64,000 nucleotides of DNA, taken from Felis catus (lineage: Eukaryota). Below, in pieces: positions 59,353-64,000 of this stretch; positions within the stretch are counted from its first letter, which is position 1, and every line of letters begins with the position of its first letter. Location: contig NC_058368.1 of NCBI RefSeq assembly GCF_018350175.1, positions 116,498,001 to 116,562,000 on the forward strand. The letters run 5' to 3'. Both the position numbers and the translations under genes were made by a program. Below the pieces are notes generated by a model. That model made no database searches and was not told the DNA's origin. It saw only the letters and a list, made by a program, of their open reading frames with translations.

Positions 59353-62300
59353 TCCGGCAGCGGGGTAGGTGTTGTGTGTGTGTGGAGGCTTTGGTCGGGC
59401 GGGGGGCAGAGGGTGGCTTCTCAGTGCGGAATATCCTGCAGCCGGCTGGCTTCTCGACACCTCCTTGTGGTGTAATGGCCCGGATTCAAGAGCTTCCCCG
59501 TGGGGCTCTGGTTCAGGGTTTGTTGAATCGCGGAGGTCTCTTGGGTTTGGGTCCTGAGGCTACCTTAGTCTGGTGTGGTCCGGAGAGTCTTCGCTCTCCA
59601 CAGGTCCGCGGGACGCCGTGCCGCGTAGACGCGGGTCTTTCCATTTCTCTAGGGGTCGGACGTGATTAGCGACGAATCTTGAGCGCTTTTTTCTCTACAG
59701 ACGAAAAACTTGGACTTTCGCCGAAAGTGGGACAAAGATGAATATGAGAAGCTTGCCGAGAAGAGGCTCACGGAAGAGAGAGAAAAGAAGGATGGTGCGT
59801 GCCTGCTCCGTCAAGGGCTGTGGGTATAGTAGAGGCGAAGCCATAGCTGGGAGCCGGTGGGGAGTTGAAATGCATTGACCTTTTACGCCGTGTAACCTCT
59901 GGCAGAGCGTTGCCTCCCTGCCCCTTGAGTTCTTAATGTATAAAATGAGAGCAAGAAGGACTTGAAGCGGTTTTGAGGTGTTTTCCCCTTGTTTCTTCTC
60001 CTTCCTTGCTCTCCTTTTGCTTGGTTCATTTTGTACTTTCCTGAAGTACAGATAAGAGAGTGGAATCCTTAGTAGTGACAGAAAAGAAGTGTATTTTGTT
60101 GCTGTGCATTCTGCTATTGAGGCTGGCTTCTTTCCCTTCAAGTCACTTAAGGGGAAGAAGAACTGGCTCAGTTAAGACCTTTCCCTGTAGTCTGAGAAGA
60201 GCAAGGGTACTACTAAGGAGTGTGTGATTTTTTTTTTTTTTTTTTTTAAGCTGATGCTTAGTAGTACTGCTCCCTATGTACAGTGTTGGGAGTTGGTGCT
60301 CCTCTCCTAGATAGAGATTCCACTGTACAAAAATAAATGTCTTATTTTCTGTTTTCAAACGTATACATTCTTCTTTCATTTTAGTTTCACACCATCTTGT
60401 ACACACTAACCCTTTTAGTTTTTATGTAATTTGTACAGTAGTGCCAGCCACATAACAGGTATTTCCTGAATATTGATCTTTAAAAATTTTCCCCAGCCCT
60501 GTGAAGATTCTTTTCTGTGTTAATGCTTGGGGTATCTGTCTGAAAGTGTCTTTGCTCTTTTAAAAGTTCGCTTTTTGTGAAAATTCAGAACTCCTTCTTT
60601 CAATTCAGTTAATCAATAAAAAAACTTTGCTTTTAGACTTGTTGGCTTTAAAGTGGGTAAAAGCTGTACATAGTTTAGGGACTGCTTATCATTTTTCCTG
60701 TGTCGAGATTCTGTCTTGGTGCTGCTAGAAGTGCTCCTTGTGTCCCTGGCTTTGGGTTCAAGAAAGAAAGGAGAGTAGACACCTGTATTTTGGGTATCAT
60801 GCATTTCTTTTCCTTTCTGGTTCAAGAACTGAAGTATTGAAGAAACTTTCTCCTCTATTATACTTTAGGAAAACCAGTGCAGCCAGTCAAAAGGGAGCTC
60901 CTCCGGCATAGAGACTACAAGGTGGACCTGGAATCCAAGCTTGGGAAGACAATTGTCATTACTAAGACCACACCACAATCAGAGATGGGAGGGTGAGTGA
61001 CTTTTCATCTTTCTCAGGAGCCAGGAATAGGTATAATAAACTCTGTGTTGCTTTTAGCAGGTGTTGAGGAGGTTCCCTGGCCCCAGGATAACAACCTTGT
61101 TGCCTACAATTCTACCTTTAAGTTTGTTTTTCTTTGTTCCCCCAAGGTCTCAACTAAACATAATAGTGTCTCTAGGAGGAGTCACTCGGTAGGCTTATTC
61201 ATACTAGTACTGTAAGTGCTACTTAATATTTTAAAGAAGAAATGAGGAAAAGAACTACTGAAGAGATATTTAGGGGAGAGATTAGGTGGAGATAGAATGG
61301 AGCCGAGGAGCTGTTGAATAAAGGGAGTTGAGGTTCCAGACTGGCTGCAGAGGCTGTAGTTGTTATGGATTGCTTGGTTATACACCTTCTTCCTGACTAC
61401 CTGCCTCCCATGGTAAGAAGTGTCCTACAACAACTCTTTATTCTTTTGCGCACGACTACTACTTCCATGTTCACTTAGTCTTTCTAGCAGGAGGGCAAAA
61501 CAGATAGCAATGAATGACATGTCTGAGTTGCTTAGAAAATCCACTAACGTCATTCCTCTTTGTATTCGTTCTCTCTTGCTTTGTAAGTTAACAAATCCAA
61601 AATTTAGCATCATGAAATAACAAATAGCTCACAATTTCTGTATCTAAATAATCTGGGAAAGGCTTAGCGAGGTGGTTCTGGCTCAGGGTTTCACAAAGCT
61701 ACAGTATAGGTGTCTGGTGGGTCTGCCTTCATCTGAGGTGTAAGTGGAGCTGAATCATTTGATTGAAGGCTTTTTCACGTGGCAGTGCTTTAGAGGCCTC
61801 AGTTCTTTGCCCCATGGGTTTCTCCATAGTGCTGCTCCATAGTGGCTTCCCCAGAGTAAGACACGGACAGAGTAAGACAGAAGCCACTTTTTTTTTAATA
61901 ACCTTATTTTGTAAGTGACATAGCATCACTTTTGACATATTCTTTTAGTCACAGACTAACCCTAGTACAAATTGGGAGGGGACTACACAAGGTAGGAATA
62001 CCAGGAATTTTGGCGTCATGGAGGTTGGCTACCATATTCTTCCAAGAGATAAAGCTTTATGAAAATCAGACGTGCCTTCTTGTAAAAAGAAAATTTACCT
62101 AAAAAATAGGAGTTTGTTGGCTGAAAACATTAAGATCCTTATAGCTAGTGGGGCACTTGGGTGGCTCAGTCGGTTAAGCGTCCGACTTCGGCTCAGGTCA
62201 TAATCTCACGGTCCGTGAGTTCGAGCCCCACGTCGGGCTCTGTGCTGACAGCTCAGAGCCTGGAGCCCGTTTCAGAGTCTGTGTCTCCCTCTCTCTCTGC

Positions 62301-63083
62301 CCCTCCCCTGTTCGTGCTCTGTCTCTCTCTGTCTCAAAAATAAACATTAAAAAAAAAAAATTAAAAAAAAAAAGATCCTTATAGCTAGATTTGACCACAA
62401 GTGCTATTTATTCTGTTTGCTAGGTATTACTGCAATGTCTGTGACTGTGTTGTGAAGGACTCCATCAACTTCCTGGATCACATTAATGGAAAGAAACGTA
62501 AGGCTTGGAGGTAGTTTATGCTTAGGGCTGGGTTTGGGGAAAGGGTAGTTTCTGTTGGATCTTTTTTTAATGCCTGAGAAATACTCTAATTGCTTCAGTA
62601 CAGGGCATCCTTTACTTCATTATCTAATGTTTCTGGAGGCCTTGGATGAGACACTGTTTCAAGCTTTCAACAAGAAGACCATGGTCTTTTCCATGGCCTA
62701 GCTGTCCCCACTGGTGTGCATTTGCTCAGCAAAGGCAGTTGAACACCACTTGCATCTTGGCTATCTGTAGCTGCTGCTTCTGGGAACAAGTAAAGCCAAT
62801 GGAGTTTTTTCCAGCCATAATTATTTTTGCTTTGTATTTTATGAGAAGTTTTTTTTTTTTTAATATAATGTCAAGAAAAGACTTTGAGGGACTGGGGATG
62901 TACTGACATTACCTTTTTCACTCTTGATCCCATCCAGATCAGCGAAATCTGGGCATGTCTATGCGTGTGGAACGTTCCACCTTGGATCAGGTGAAGAAAC
63001 GTTTTGAAGTCAACAAAAAGAAGATGGAAGAGAAACAGAAGGATTATGATTTTGAGGAAAGGATGAAGGAGCTCAGAGAAGAA
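59347..63083 (+). CDS. ZMAT2: Zinc finger matrin-type 2 (Snu23 orthologue); partial, last exon not found in the window
   Basis: Exons 59347-59364, 59701-59794, 60869-60992, 62424-62497, 62938-63083; [49 protein letters not shown]. Confidence 0.96.
61561..62036 (-). mobile_element. Old MLT1-type LTR
   Basis: Resembles the MLT1 consensus in reverse (gaggtggttctggctcagggt; ggaggttggctacca). Confidence 0.55.
62149..62372 (+). mobile_element. CAN-SINE in ZMAT2 intron 3
   Basis: TSD aagatccttatagctag. Confidence 0.92.
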
Positions 63084-64000
63084 GTAAGGCTCTGCTGTTC
63101 TTTCATCTTTTATCCCCTAGCTTTGAGTTTTATGTTCTGAATCATGGGGAAGCATTCTTCCTCATTCCACTCCCACCCCCAGAGGATAATTGAATCCTGA
63201 ATTTCTCTATATTGGGGGAAACCTTTACTGCCTTTGTTTGGGACTCTCATGATCTTAAGAATATGGCTGTAAACCTATTCTTTTTTCGTGGACTCTCTGG
63301 GCCTACTTACTTTTTTTCTTACTGCAGGAGGGATTAAATACACCTAGTCCCCAAGAGGCATGTGGAACCAGCCTGACTGGGTCAGAATTCTGTTTCCTTC
63401 ACTTACTGGCTATGACTCTTGGGCAAGTTATAGAACTTCTCCATGTCTCGGTTTCCCCATATTAGAGATCTTAATATATAATCTACACAAAGCACATAGA
63501 CCAATTCCTGGCATGTGCTGTGTGCCCCAGGATGATAGGTACTATTATGTGGTTTTGCTTCCATAACCTTTTTTAAGAACCAGAGATAACCTGGAACGTA
63601 GGACTGAGAAGTGCTCTTCACAGGCTAAAATTTCTCTTTGTTGTTTCTTATAATCTTTAGTGTGGCTTTTCTTCTGTTCTTAAAATTTTATTTGTCTTTA
63701 ACTGCTTTCTCCTAAAGATAGAAAGGAATCTTGACCTCACTTGTCTCTTTCAATCTTTGGCTCAGGAGTCTGAACTGATTCTGAGTGATTTCCCCCCTAG
63801 GAGGAAAAGGCNNNNNNNNNNNNNNNNNNNNNNNNNNNNNNNNNNNNNNNNNNNNNNNNNNNNNNNNNNNNNNNNNNNNNNNNNNNNNNNNNNNNNNNNN
63901 NNNNNNNNNNNNNNNNNNNNNNNNNNNNNNNNNNNNNNNNNNNNNNNNNNNNNNNNNNNGCCCTTTGCTAACTTTGTGTGTGAGGGGGGTCATTTTTTTC

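Overview
Mammalian genomic DNA, most likely a felid, judging from the abundant Felidae-type CAN-SINEs. It covers the conserved gene block CD14(-), TMCO6(+), NDUFA2(-), IK/RED(+), WDR55(+), DND1(-), HARS1(-), HARS2(+) and the 5' part of ZMAT2(+). I reconstructed the exon chains by hand from splice sites, and all give intact ORFs of expected size: CD14 374 aa, TMCO6 493, NDUFA2 99, IK 555, WDR55 382, DND1 353, HARS1 509, HARS2 505; ZMAT2 is partial. The window also holds an RPL36A processed pseudogene, about 30 CAN-SINEs, MLT1/ERV LTRs, Tigger and Charlie DNA transposons, L2 relics and three assembly gaps. I found no new protein-coding system; the most notable signals are in RNA processing. (1) IK has a U12-type intron with non-canonical AT-AT ends and a nearby cryptic U2 acceptor. 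(2) HARS1 and HARS2 share a paralogous U12 intron, and HARS2 has an extra perfect U11 site next to its branch point. (3) A SINE is inserted between the IK poly(A) hexamer and its downstream element. (4) Two convergent gene pairs have interlocked 3' ends. (5) HARS1-DND1 and HARS2-ZMAT2 read-through splicing would both be in frame. Repeat boundaries are approximate and repeat family names come from recognition, not database search.
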